A stretch of 64,000 nt of DNA from Eutreptiella sp. 'Long Island Sound 2002' (GCA_964036045.1 OZ038378.1:10354001-10418000), one strand, 5' to 3'; shown: positions 11,337 to 24,100, numbered from the stretch's first letter. Notes: a model not told the origin generated them from the letters alone. Translations and numbers: made by a program.

Positions 11337-13364
11337 CTGGGGAAAACAACAACAGCGGGGGTAGAGGTGGAGTGCTCGGGCCATCCTCAGTCTCCCCCGA
11401 CACACTTGACACCTGTTGACACCACAAAGGACGATGGCGACCTTTGTTGGCCCCTGGCCTGCTGATGCCCCCCCACCCCCCCTCCCGCTCCCCTGGCCCC
11501 CCGCTGCCATGAGTGGCTGCAATTGGATGTAGGGGGTGCCTTGGTGTCGGTGCGGCAACGTCTGTATCATTATTCGCACGCCCGCCCCCCCCTCACCTCC
11601 TGCAAGCATGGCCCTTCCAGCCCGCACGGGGGGGGGGGGGGGGCTGGACATAGCCTGCCGCTTCGTGCTCCGGCTGGAATAGACCGGAGACCGGGGTTCA
11701 GCAGCCATTGTGTGGACGAGCGCGAGAAGGCGGCAACGGCCAGAGGTACGGCTGAAGGCAAGGCCCCACTCCCAAGAGACATAAATGACCTCAATCGACC
11801 GGAGCAAGTCACACAGAAGACATGCCACTGGACACCGGGTGCAAACATGTGCTGGGCTACGACTTTGTGATCCCCCAACCCCCCCAGCCCCCCGACCCAA
11901 GGGGTCACCGCAGCCTCACCGCCGCCACAGACCGCAGGACTGCCGCATGCGGCGGCTTAGCATCGCCAGCCACAAACCGCGACCTGGTGCCTCTCGTCAC
12001 TTCATGTCCCCCCGCCACCAGCTGCCCCAACCGATGTGCCGACAGTCTGTCTGTCGGCGCGCAGTCATCACGATATAATTGGCATTTTTCTGTTTGAGTC
12101 TTCACGCCGTTGTCGGGCTTTGCTTTGTACGGCTGACAGAACTCGACGATGGCACCGCTTCCCCAGATGACTTTGTGGACTATTCCCTGGGGCCGGCGCC
12201 GCTACGGGACTAGATACCACGGAGGCGGTCTGCGGCAGTGGTGATCAGTGGGATGGGCACCGCGCTCTGATCCACACCACTGCACTTCTACTGCTGGGAA
12301 GGCTGGCACACGTCCCACTGGCAGACGAACAGTGTCGACCGGACCTGCGGGGACTGACCTGGTGGCACGGGGCGGTCCGACAAGAGCCTCGGGAACCGCA
12401 GGCACGAACCTGCAGCGCATTGCTCTCTGCGTCTAGCACCCCCCAAAGGACCGTTACGTGAGGTGGCGGAGGCCCGCGCGACCCACACCCAGCACCCGGT
12501 ATGCCCCGGGGAGGGCGGGTGACGGGGGATTCTCCTTGCGCCACAGCCGCCGTTGGAGAAGGCGGGGCAATCTCGTATTCTGACAAATTGCCGGACCCTT
12601 AAAATGTGTTGAAAAAAGACGAGGCGCCCCCCTTGAGGACACACTATCAGCGCAGCACGTGGCACGCCGTGCAGCTTGGGACTGGGTTCGTGTCACGTCC
12701 CTGATCCAAAGCTGCGGCCCGCCCTGAAGATCTGTGGCACATGAGGTGGGCAGGCACGCACCTTTCTGTGCCACCATGTCACAGCGAAAACACCCACGAA
12801 CAAGACTGCGAACATCTGGTAAAGAAGTCCACTGCAAAGAAACAATGCACAAGAGGTCCAGGGACACACACATTGCATTGAGCGGAGTGGATGCCGCGAC
12901 TGGACGAAGACGGAGGGAGGGAGGGAGGTTTGCCGTGCGCGCCTGAGGGACTGAGCAAAAGCCTTGCCGCCGCATTCGGAGGATGGGCCACGATGCGCGG
13001 CTTCCGTACCTCCCACTGGTCACGCTGGAGAGCCATAGCGTGCGCGGGATCACTATTGTGCTCCCAACTGTGCTCCGCGCAGGAAGCGCGGAGGGCAGAC
13101 ACCCGATCCATTGATTGCACCAAACAAGGCTGGTTGACCGGTCCCGTTCCATCTGGCGGCGTCCGCCGCTTGCCCGCACACACCCATGGCGCTCGGTGGT
13201 GGGCTTGTGGGTTTGTCCAAGCATAAGGACCTCTTCCGACTGGGCTTTTTGAGGGTCAGAAGGCCGTAATAATCTGGACTACAGACGAAAATGTCATGTC
13301 ACAGTCAAATCCTGGGACCAGGGGCGGCGCTCTCTCCCTGACAACAAGGTGAATGGTACCGGTA

Positions 13365-13619
13365 CCCGGGGGGGGGGGGGGATATTCCGTGCGGGGGAAA
13401 ATATGAATCTACAAATTCTGGCGCGACAAAATCTGTGCCTCTTCTTAAAAATGAGCGAACAAATTATGTATGGTTCTCAATAATTGCTCATGAGAAACAG
13501 TGGGCGCTTGCTGGTATTACCTGCACAAATCCTTAAAAACACCAAAGAAATTGCGTACAAAATTTTTGTACAGAATTTGGAAAGCAGAAATTCTAGCTTG
13601 TATGACCCCCCCCCCCCGG
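13365..13619. mobile_element. TA-flanked MITE with (C)CCGGGGG...CCCCCGG termini and an AT-rich interior
   Basis: TA at 13363-64 and 13620-21. The G-run/C-run inverted ends resemble the TA|CCGGAGGG ends of the 28561-29092 MITE. Confidence 0.55.
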
Positions 13620-13662
13620 TAGGATGTTGTGGATACTTCCCAGTGCACACAATGGTTTTTCC

Positions 13663-13977
13663 CAGGGCAGTCCTTAGGGAAGAAAAAAAAAGGTGTTCCT
13701 GCACCCAGGTTTCCCAAAAATGCCCCCGGGCACACCATATCTTGGCGGTGGGCGGTTGGCGGTTGGCGACTGGCGGTTGGTGGCGGTTGGTGGCAATTGG
13801 TGGTTGGAGATTGGTGGTTGATGGCGGTTGGCAGTGGTTGGCGGTTGGCGGTTGGTCGCCGCTGGCAGTTGGCGGTTGGTGGCGGTTGGCGGTTGGTGGC
13901 GGTTGGTGGTTGGCCGTTGATGGTCCCTTGGGGCGGTCCTTAACAAAAAAAAATCTCGGTCCCAAAGGACCGCCCTG
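13663..13977. mobile_element. Non-autonomous hAT-type MITE (315 bp) carrying a (GGCGGTT/GGTGGTT)n array
   Basis: 18-bp TIRs CAGGGCAGTCCTTAGGGA / CAGGGCGGTCCTTTGGGA (16/18). 8-bp flanking direct repeat GTTTTTCC (13655-62) / GTCTTTCC (13978-85), 7/8. Short TIR plus 8-bp TSD is typical of hAT. Confidence 0.85.
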
Positions 13978-16112
13978 GTCTTTCCTGAAAACCCCCATGA
14001 ATGAGTTTGGGTGCATTGTACCAATTTTCTGACGTATGCATTTCAATCCGTCTATTTTTGACCCAATGAGATCTGATGAGTCGGCAGCCATTGTGTGGAC
14101 CCCTTAATATGTTGCAGGCCCCCGGTAGGGGCTGGAAAAGGACTCCCAGCCACAACTTATTTTGCCGCCTCCCAGCCCCTGTCGCACACCCACCCACACA
14201 CCCACAAACTCCACACACACACACACCAGCAGGTGAGGGTGTCCTGCCAAATGCAGCAGGAATTGCCTACCTCTCCCTGCGCTCGCAAGGAATCGCAAGG
14301 ATACGTGATCCATTAATGTGCTAGCGGACTTCCTCTTCCACAGTACTCCCACAACGAGAGGGAGAATATAAGTCAACCCATTACCATGCGGGGAGGGGGC
14401 GTGCACCCATGGCATGGAGAAGTCCCTACAGGGCCAAAAGCTGCCTCAGTCTTGGGGCCACGGTCGAGCAGGGCCATCCACTGTTTCACTTGGGCCTGGG
14501 GGGGGCGGGGGTTCCCATCTGATGCTAACCTCCCCCCGCCCCCATATAAACCGTTTTCAGATGGGGCCGGTTCGGTATCACTGGGAGACTTCCCAAATAA
14601 GTAATCGCTCCATGAAAATGGTGGAGAATAATGGCTGTGTGGGTAATGCACCATGCAACACGTATCAGCACATTTGAGCACTCCGCAAATGGTCATGGAT
14701 CATGGGGACATTTTCTGGATTGGTTGTTACCTTACGCACCGCCTGGTGTGCATTACGTGCCACAGCATCTCGAAGGGACTGATTAGTGTCCCTCTAATGT
14801 CCCTAGAGACGGTCCTACAGCAGTAGCAGGCATGAAATAGCATTAGCTGTGCCCTGCACATTACCGTGATATTAGGTTGCATGGTGTAATATGGGGTGGC
14901 AGTAGCAAAAAGCTTGTACCTGGTTTTAGCAAAAGTGTGCATCACTAGAAATCCCACCTGCTGCACGATGCATTAGGAGACAGGCTTGCAATAGGCCCCC
15001 GTGGCAAAAGCATGCTTCAACAGGTTGCGGCAGCCATCTCAGTCTGCTACAAACAACAAGCCTCACTAGGGTATCGTGCAGTTCTTCCCATCCCATGCCA
15101 CACTGCCCCCTCCTGAGTGGACATTTCAAAGCTTCAACCTCTTCCCATCTCACGCCAATACCCCCCCCAATGAGAGTCCCCCCCCAAAAAAAACGAAAGA
15201 TTGTTAGAATGGAGCCCCCCAACCCCCCAGCCAAAGCAAAATGGCAGATGCCCCACAAGCAGACGGGCTGCAGCTTTCTTCCGACGAGCCAGGCAAGAAA
15301 TAGGACCTAGAGGCTTGTTTTCCCTGCACAGCACCTCCATCGCCGTGTTCTACAACGCCATCGGCCCTGACACAGAGGTCTGGTAGGCCATACATGGTCA
15401 AGAGATGAGGAAGACCATGGCAGCAAGCAGTGCAGGTAGCCCTGTGCCCCGCTTGTGGTGGCATTAGAGAGCCAAGCAGCACCAGCCAAAGCTTACCAAT
15501 AAGGCTTATTTGGTATGCGCAGCGTATTGGACATGCAAACAGGCAAACACAACAAAGGACCCATTTAGAAAGGTATTTGGAACCGAACACCAACCAAATA
15601 CACTGGTAATGCAAAGGAAAGCACAAAAAGACTCAAAAAACTCAGTGTGATTAATTCTCGGTTGCGTCAAAAAAAAGAGGGGGGGGGTCAGAAACCGTGT
15701 GGGACGTTTTCCCCATCAGACGCCCCCCTCTCTGCCCTCCTCCTTTCGGGCATGGTATCATACTTCCAGCAGACGGTCATTAAAATCAAAAATATTGGAA
15801 ACGACCACAGTGGGCGCTTCCACGACGTTATGTCCTGGAACCACTGGTAGAGGCACAAGAGGGGCACAGTAGTGAAGTTCATCAGCTGCATGCCCGAGCC
15901 TTGCACCACAGAGGTACTGAATTTGGGCCGCTGTTTAGAGGACTGTTCATGGAAGGCATCGGCAACTTGCTTCTGTGCTTGGGCATCAAAACACCGCTGC
16001 AATACAAGACGTACACGGAGGAGTTGCACTGAACGTAACGCACCATGAACGAAGATGCGGTTGACCTTCGGGACGTGGGGAGGAGCATGGGAAGGCTGGA
16101 GAGAGCCTATTC

Positions 16113-17640
16113 TTAGGGCCCTGCCCCCTTACCCGTACGCCTAACGGCGACTTGGTAGCAGCATGCACCGCTTCCTTGCAACGGCCGGAGGTCTTGGCTG
16201 CTTTTGCAGCTGAGATGGCCCCCTTCCTTGCCACCATGGCCCCGGCCCCAGCGCACGTGGGGGCAACACGCGGTCGCTCCCGGGGGCGGAAAGGGGGCGG
16301 CTTGCCTGCCCCCCCCCCCCCCCACAGCCAAGGACTCCATGCTCACGTCACTCCAGCAACAGATTGCTTTAGCCACTAGAGGACATCATCAACACGCTTC
16401 GCAAAGAGCTAGCCAAGGCACGGGGGGACCCGGCCCCGGCGCCGGTGCGGGTTGCTGCCTGCCACCCAGCCCCAGCGGCCTCGGTGGCCCCGGCCGCCCA
16501 GACCTCGGGCTCGGGCACGGGCTACCGCCACCTCGAACACCACAAGGGATGCCTGTGCTAGTCGTTGTCTTGCCGACCCACCCCTTCGCCGCGTCAACCC
16601 CACGTGGGCTGCCGAGGACATCAAGTCGGCCCAGGGGAATATCACCCTCTACGGCATGGGACACTTCGGCAAGAGTGCTGCTGAATTTGCTGCGGCCAAC
16701 TTTGCTGCGGAGGCGGCGGAGTGGGCTGCCGGCCGCACCGGGGCTCTCGCGCGCTCACCCACGGAGTGGTGGGTGGCGGGCCCCCGCAAGACCGCAGCCA
16801 AGCCAGCATAGCCCCACCTAGCAAGCATAGCAGACCGCCTATGCTGCTGCAGCGGTGTCCCACTTGCCCTCTAATTCCCGTTGCGGCTGGGTGCAAGTGG
16901 TCGCCGCCCCTAGGCGCAAAGTGGCGCTACTGCAGTCGGTGCAGCCCTCTATAGTGGCCTTGCACCTGCTCCTCCCGTCGATGACTACATTCCAGCCCCA
17001 GCGGCGATACGAGGGTGCCGCACGGGACTTGCTTCGCGAGCGGGGCCCCCGTACAAATCATGCAGCGGCGGCACCGGTGGCATTGGGCCCTCTACCCGAG
17101 GCCTGGTCCGCCCTGATGGCGAACAACGATCTCAAGCCGCTGTTTGCGGGGCTGGTGGAGGGCGACTCCCCGGGGCACATTGGCAACCGTCTGTAGAGCA
17201 CCAAGCCGAGTGACCCGGACGCGGTGGCCTGTGCGGCGCAACTCCTCAGTGCCCCTACCTCCATCCGCCTGCGGGGGTACCCCCGCCCTTTGTGTTGGCC
17301 ACTGACGGGTACGCCTAGCTGTGGCGGGCGGCGCAGGAGGTCTTCGGGGACGCGGCCCCAATTTGGGTCCGCCGCTGCACCAAGCTGTCATTCACCTCCT
17401 TGGCCCGCCCAGTGTTCAACTTGGAGCTGGAGGGCATCGCGCTGGGCTAGACCGGGGCCACGTTGCTAGCCAAGGATACGCGCTTACTGGACAGGGTCTG
17501 GGAGCTCGGCCACGGCCGAGGCGGTGGGGAAAGCTACCGCCCTTTGGGGCCGCGCGACCACCTCCTACACCACCGGCCGCCAACGGACGAGGCAAAGGAG
17601 CAGGCCACGAAGCGTTTTTGGTGGCCTGTAGTCTTGCCCA
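16113..17640 (+). pseudogene. GC-rich, frameshifted coding-like remnant of unknown family
   Basis: Protein-like stretches in shifting frames (RRVNPTWAAEDIKSAQGNITLYGMGHFGKSAAEF; LPEAWSALMANNDLKPLFAGLVEGD; LLAKDTRLLDRVWELGHG). No motif recognised. Confidence 0.3.
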
Positions 17641-17799
17641 GGGCTAGTCATGGCCCATGTGAAAGACGCCAAATGGTTGTTCCCGCTGAAAATGGCCTAC
17701 ATGTGTTGGATGAAAACTGTCCATTTTTCGGCGACCCCTGACAGTCCTCAAGGATAGTTGGGCCATTTTTGGGTGTGTTCATTTGGGGCCCAACAATGG

Positions 17800-18580
17800 A
17801 GGTGATCATTTGGTGACAAGGGGAGTACATATAAACCCATGGGGAGCCACGGAGCACCAACTAGGCACTCTTAGTGCGGCTTATTGGCCCTCTAATGTGC
17901 CGTTTTGGGCTTGTGTGCACTTTCGTGGGTAAAAGTTGGTGTGCCTATGGTTGTGCATCCCATTCAAACCTAGGTCCCACTCCACTTTTTTCTTCTATAT
18001 GAATCCTTAACTAATGACAAGGGCCCAGGTTCTAACCTTCCCAGATCCACCCCCTTATAGGGCCCAACCGGTGAGGACTTGCCGTTGTCAAGCCGGCATG
18101 GGCTTGCCAAAAAATGGTGATTCTTGGGTGCCCTCTGACAACCCCTAGGGACCCTTGGGCTATTGTTAGGTGAGCGTTTGGTGACAATGCGAGTACATAG
18201 AAACCCATGGGGAGCAGCACCAACTAGGCCCTCATATTGCGGCTTATTGGCCCTCAAATGTGCCGTTTTGGGCGGGTTTGCACTATTGTGTGCAAAATTT
18301 GGTTCATCTATAACGGCCAGTGTGTGTCGACTCACACGTTGTCCCATTCCACTTTATTCTTCTACATGGACCCCCAAACCAATGACCAGGGTCTCGGGTA
18401 CTATCTCCAACCTTTCCAGATTGGCCCCCCGATGGGGCCCTACCGGCATTCTAGCCGGCATGTGTTGGCTGAAAAACAGCGATTCCTTGGTGACCTCCGA
18501 CAACCCCTGGGGACCCTTGGGCTGTTGTTGGGGTGATCATTTGGTGACAATGGGAGTGCGTATAAACACATGGCCATGAT
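17800..18580 (+). repeat. Diverged tandem repeat, ~366-bp period, 2 full copies plus a partial third
   Basis: GGTGA(TCA/GCG)TTTGGTGACAA..GGAGT..ATA.AAAC.CATGG recurs at about 17801, 18169 and 18533. Confidence 0.75.
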
Positions 18581-20419
18581 GTTGATGGATCTGATGGATG
18601 ATTGCAAAATCAGCCACTTGGAGGTTTATTGCTTAGGGCAGATTCTTTGCAAGGTGGACTTGCCGAAGGCAATGGAATTCCGTCTCCCAAAATGACGGCT
18701 TTACAAGGGGTTACACATCCGATATCATACGTCATATCATGTCATCATCATTGGGGTATGCTACGCAAATACCTCCAAGAACGGGGGGGGGGGGGGCTCT
18801 GTGGCGCTCAAGCCTGCACTTGATTCAACAACCTCGCTTCAAGGTGATTTGTGTATGTGGTTTCGTTTAGGCTTGAGATTTGAAACCCACTTGGGACTGA
18901 ACTCTGAGGAAAGGGGCAAAATTCAAGGGGCACCTGCCCCCCCCAAGTGGGGGCAGGGCATCAAAGTCGGCAGTGCAGCATGCAGCACAACCGATATCCA
19001 GTGCTATCTCTTCTGTGTGACCTGCTTTTGTAGATTGAGGGTGTATATCAGGGGTTTGCAGTTTTGTGGGTCACAGTGGCAGGTCTGTTCTGCCCCCATG
19101 GCGTCCACTCTCCTGCCAGCGCCAGCAGAGCTGCACATCCAATCCTTCCCTGACGGTGAAATTCAGATGTTGGTCTCCGCCACCGATGATGAGGGGCATG
19201 TGATACACCAGCGAAAGTGGTGCGCTGCATTGTGAAGCATTGTGCCCAGGGTGTCCCTTGTCGTGTGTGCCCCCTGTGCCATCGGCCAGGCAATTCCGTC
19301 CTCAGGGTCCATGGACCCTGGAGCCCGAGCGAAGAGCCCACCCACCTCAGCTTCAGGAATGGGGGGCGGGAGTAGTCAAGGAGACGCTTAGCCACTCCCC
19401 AACTGACTAATGCAATGGCAACGTTCACTCGTTCACAGTCCCAGGGAGTCACTTGAAGGAGGAAATACCCCTTCCCCATTCCCTGCAACCCACCCCGACA
19501 CCATTCTCGGCAATTGTCTAAATCCCCAACCTCTGCCAACCGCTTTCTTGACCGCTGCAAACTGCTTCCCGCGCATTGCTGCGCAGCTGAAACCGCTTTT
19601 GTGGCTGCCACTGCACAGCCACTGCAGAGCCAATGTCCCTCAAGCAGGTCCCCACCACAACCCTCAACAATCTCTGGAAAATCCCACGGGACCCTGACGC
19701 CCAGGAACCTTCACATCCTCCCCATCTCCCCCACAGATCGCTAGGCTTCAAATACTGTGTGTGACGGTCACGCAATGCTGTGCGACAGCAATGCAACGGC
19801 AACGGTCATACACCGCTGTGCAACGGTCACGCAAAGCCATGCCCAAAACTTTACACCACAACAGGCGAAGACGGGCACACCCACAACTCCGTGCCCTCGT
19901 CATACACCGCAGAAATGGTGCATTCTAACTCTCCGACGACTGTTGAGTCTCGATGGGCGCCCGACAGCATGTTCACTGTGAGCGACTCTGAGAAGTCCTG
20001 AGGAAAGTAGCCGTGGCGGAACTGCGGAATGGCCACCGGTGTTCATCACCCGCAGCGGCACTTGACAAACAAATCAGACCATGCCACTGTCTTCCAAGCA
20101 AGTTCAGTCGACAGCCCTGATGCCCCACGCGCAGCACACCTCGTCTGGGATTTGAAATCTGCACGTTGCAGCCACTTTGTCTGGGAGAATAACACTGACC
20201 TCAATGACCTCGATGCACGCCTCCAGACCCCTGTGCAACACAAGAGCAGCTCGATGCACACCTCCAGCAGCAGAATATACGCATATGCATGCCACGTGAG
20301 ACTCAATGCAATGTGTGCGTGATGTCCGTGTCACTCCCGTACGCCGGTGCCCATGCATATACATACACAAAGGCATGTCTTCATACATATGTGCGTATGT
20401 GTACGTATATGCTCTCAAA

Positions 20420-21170
20420 AAATGATATCGTTCAATTTTGTTTTGCCCCTTTTTGAGTCATTTTAGCCCATTTGAGCCCCACAAATCCCAGCAGGCCTTG
20501 GGCGTGGGCCATTTTGGGACCAACAATTGGTCCAAAATGCGTCAAAAAGGCGATTTTCCAAGTGAAACTCAGCCCCTTGGGAGGCCCCAGCGCTTCGTTT
20601 GGCCATTTTTGATCTACGGAAATTCTTTGAGGCTGTTTTGGGTGCCAAGTGCCGGTGGGGTGAAGTGGTCTGTAGAGAGCATAGCCGCAGCGAGCAGGGC
20701 CACAGCTTGGAGCTCAGAGGATCTACATGCGGTCTAGGGTCGTCTTGGGGAAAGGGCATTTTTAAAGCATTTTTGACCAATACCTGGTCGCCAAATGGCC
20801 GGTTTTCAAGGCTTTTGGCCTTTCACGTGGTCCAAAACAGACCAAACGGGCTCAAAATAGGCCTCAGAACACCGTTTTTCGCATCCCAAGAGGTGCAGGA
20901 ACAACTTTGAGAAAGTCGTTTCTGGCCAATCGTTGACCCCTCCCTTGTGACCTAAGCCAAAATGTGCAGATTCTGGGCTGTCTGCACCTGTTCTGGGGCA
21001 TGACTTAGGGCATGCCGACAAACTTTGTTGACGCAGGCAAAATAAGCTAGCTCTGCAAAATCCCCACCATTTATCTAGCTTTGGCGGTGTTAGGGCTGTT
21101 TTGGGCCGAAAATGGCGCTTTTTGGCCGAAAAAATGCGCCAATCTGGGAGGGCACCTGCCAACCAAGCTA
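20420..21170. repeat. Dispersed repeat sharing short motifs (GGGCTCAAAAT, TTTTGGCCGAAAA, GTTGACCC) with the 1.2-kb family
   Basis: Shared short motifs and similar TTTTGG/CCAAAA skew. No full alignment could be made by eye. Confidence 0.35.
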
Positions 21171-24100
21171 GCAATCCGTTCTCCCTCTGCCAGCTGTTGG
21201 CAATGTTCACTACTTTAATAGTCCAAGCAAATGGTGTCGATACCTACTTTTGGGAGGGCCCCGGGTCTAAACCAGATAAGCTCACGCTCTAGGATCAGCC
21301 TACTCTCCCTCCTTCGATCACACCTCCCTCCATCGATCATACCTCTGGTAAATATCAAAGGTCAAGAACTCCGTCCATTGAATGGGTGGTGATACATCCT
21401 TGAAAATTTGTGTTTCAAGGTTCTGGCGTCCTGAAGACCCCCTGTGCAACAGGTAGGGTGAGTGTCATATGTGCCTGTGCTCGCTACAGCAATCTAGGCT
21501 CTCTTGTGGACCAAACGCTGCAACAGCACTGACAATGGTTGAGGCTCCAAAGGACAGAATTTCAGAACAAGCGCAAGGCGAAATACCCGCGAGCTGAGAG
21601 TAAGCGGGGGAGCCAACGCAAGGAAGAGCGTGTCTTGCTTCCCTTCGCTCTCAGGTTCGAGGCATTGAGCTTGAATGCCTGTGCTTGGAATCTTGCCGTT
21701 GGGCCTCATGTGACCTCTCAGCTTCTGGCCATGGCACCGCAAATCTGCTGTCAGGCTCGGTCTTGGATGTGGCATCAGGCTTGGTGTTTGGTACTTGGTG
21801 TTTGGTGTGATATTCGAGTCATTCGGACTCGGGCCTGCTCTCAGGCAGGGTATCACGACTACATCGCGCTTGCTCTCAGTGGCCACATGCTTGCTCACAG
21901 GTTCCTTGCACTGTGCCTCGTGTTCGCTGTTGGATTCGGTCTCATCCTCTTACTGTTGTGAAAGGTTGCTGGAAGCATGCACATGGGCAAACGGAGCATG
22001 CATTCTGCCTGCGCATCGTGGATTGCAGTGATTTGGGGCGGCGGGGGGCAAATTTCCTGAGAGCATTGAGCGAGCCCAAACGATACTGCGAACGCCACCG
22101 TCAGTCTGTTTCTCTGCCACTGGCAAGGCAGACATTCGTGGCTTCACCAATGCCTGCTTCTGAGACTTTTCTTTCGGTCCAGCAATATGTTGCGTTCTTG
22201 ACGTTGTGGCTGAGGTGTCGAGTGATGCAGGGCATACCTCAGCGTCACCCGCAGATAACATGCAAAGTCGTGCTTCTTTATAGAAAAGAGCTTCGTAACT
22301 TGCAGTCCCCGGATCACAAATCTGCCAAAACTGAAAAACAGAGCGCATATCATGCTGACTTTCGCAGGGCTTTAGCAATCTTTTTTCGATGCTGGAGCCC
22401 GTGGAACCAGCAAACAGTCATGCTGGCTGTAGGGCGGTGCCCTTCGGGATATTGCACCCTCCTCCCCCGCCCCCTTCCCAGAGCGATTGACCATCCCGCT
22501 GCAGCCGCTTCCGGGCCGCCCCCAAGTGCCCTCCTACCGTTTTGCAACTGCCAGATTTGCCCCTGAACTGCTTTCCAACGACCAGTACCCGCTTTGTACC
22601 CGGGTTCAGCAGCCCATACAAGCACGGGCTTGGGGCTGCAGTGTACCCCATCCTTCCCTTGTCCTGATCACCGCACGTGATGCGGTTTGGACAGGTCGTG
22701 GCCTGCGGGGCTCACGAACAGCAACACAATGGCGACGTCTGGGCACAGCAGTCCCAAAGCCTGCCACAAAGCTCTCACAGGTGTCCCAAGCGTAAAGCAA
22801 ATCCAATGACCGTTGAGTGGGGTCAACAAACAACCTCGGAGCGGCATATAAAATGCTGGAAGGAGTCAAGCCGCACTGGAAAATAGGAAGGATTTCAGCA
22901 GGCCAGCTTTTGAGAGCATTTCTGCCCCTGCGCCCTACGGTGTGCAAATTTGGGTGATTGACAGTTGACGCCGTACATGGGACTGTGCATTGTTGAGCTG
23001 TGTTGTGACATTGTCCTTGACCCTGTCGCAGCAATCAACCGTTGCTATACTATCTCCATGAAGCCTCGTCCGTCCCCACAGTCTTAGTGATAGATGATTC
23101 AGAGGCCAATTCTGCATGGGTTGGGTGGACCCGCAGTGGCTGAAAGATCAAAGATGTTGCGAGGAAATGCAGTATCGCGGCTCTCTTCTTGCCAGGCAAT
23201 TCGTACGGTGATTTGCTGTGTTGTGTGCTATCAAGAGAACATGTCGCCAAAGCAAGCGGAAGCATGTGCACGTTGATTTGTTGACACCATTACTCTCGGC
23301 AAAGGAAAGGATGTACAAGGGGGGGGGGGGCTCGGGATCAGTCAACTTCGTGTGGGAAACAATTTCCCGCACAATTTCCCACACGAAATCCAGGAGCTTC
23401 TGCAAAAATTTCCCCCACAATAACGACAGATACTGTGGACTCCGGTTGGGGGGGGGGCGGCACTCTTTGCTATGGGTCCCCACGCAGCAGGCGATATCAG
23501 GCAGTCACAGGCCAACAAACCCCCTAAACCCCTCCCCCTGCTCTCGACCCCTTCCCCGAACCTTTGATAAACAACCAGCCACAGTCAAGGAAACAAACAA
23601 ACATCAGTTAAACACAGGGGTCAACTGACAGCACCACTTGGAAATTTTAGCTGGGGTCCGGGAGTCATATTTAGGAATGAAGGTGGGACTAGGGAGGGAA
23701 TGCAAGGGATGAACCAGGCCAGTGCACAGGGGTTCGCGTCAGAGGTGGCAACGCATACCTCGCAGGTGGGCCATAGCGTACGCTCTGACACATGGACTGC
23801 TGCATAGTGATTTTGGGAGGTTTGTAATCCACTTTGCAATACAATATCCCGTGCCCCCCGCGATGATGCTTCTGTTTGCAGGGGGGCTGGAGTTCCGTGT
23901 GAATATCGGTGTCCAGCTTTGTATGCCCTGAGCAACAGCCCACAAAGATGAGGCACTGCCACACCATGCGGGGGCTCCAAGAGTATGGGGACCGATCCGA
24001 GGGTAGCGCATTCGAGAGGGGCTGAGAAGTACAAGATGGCCCACGTCCCTCCTTGTTACCTGAGCGATGCATACTGCCCTTCGGGCCCTCTGAGGCGGCC

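Noticed and set aside
13932-13979. Terminal hairpin plus CTGG|T resembling a Helitron 3' end
   Set aside because: Matching TIRs and an 8-bp TSD explain the element better as hAT; no 5' A|TC Helitron end was found.
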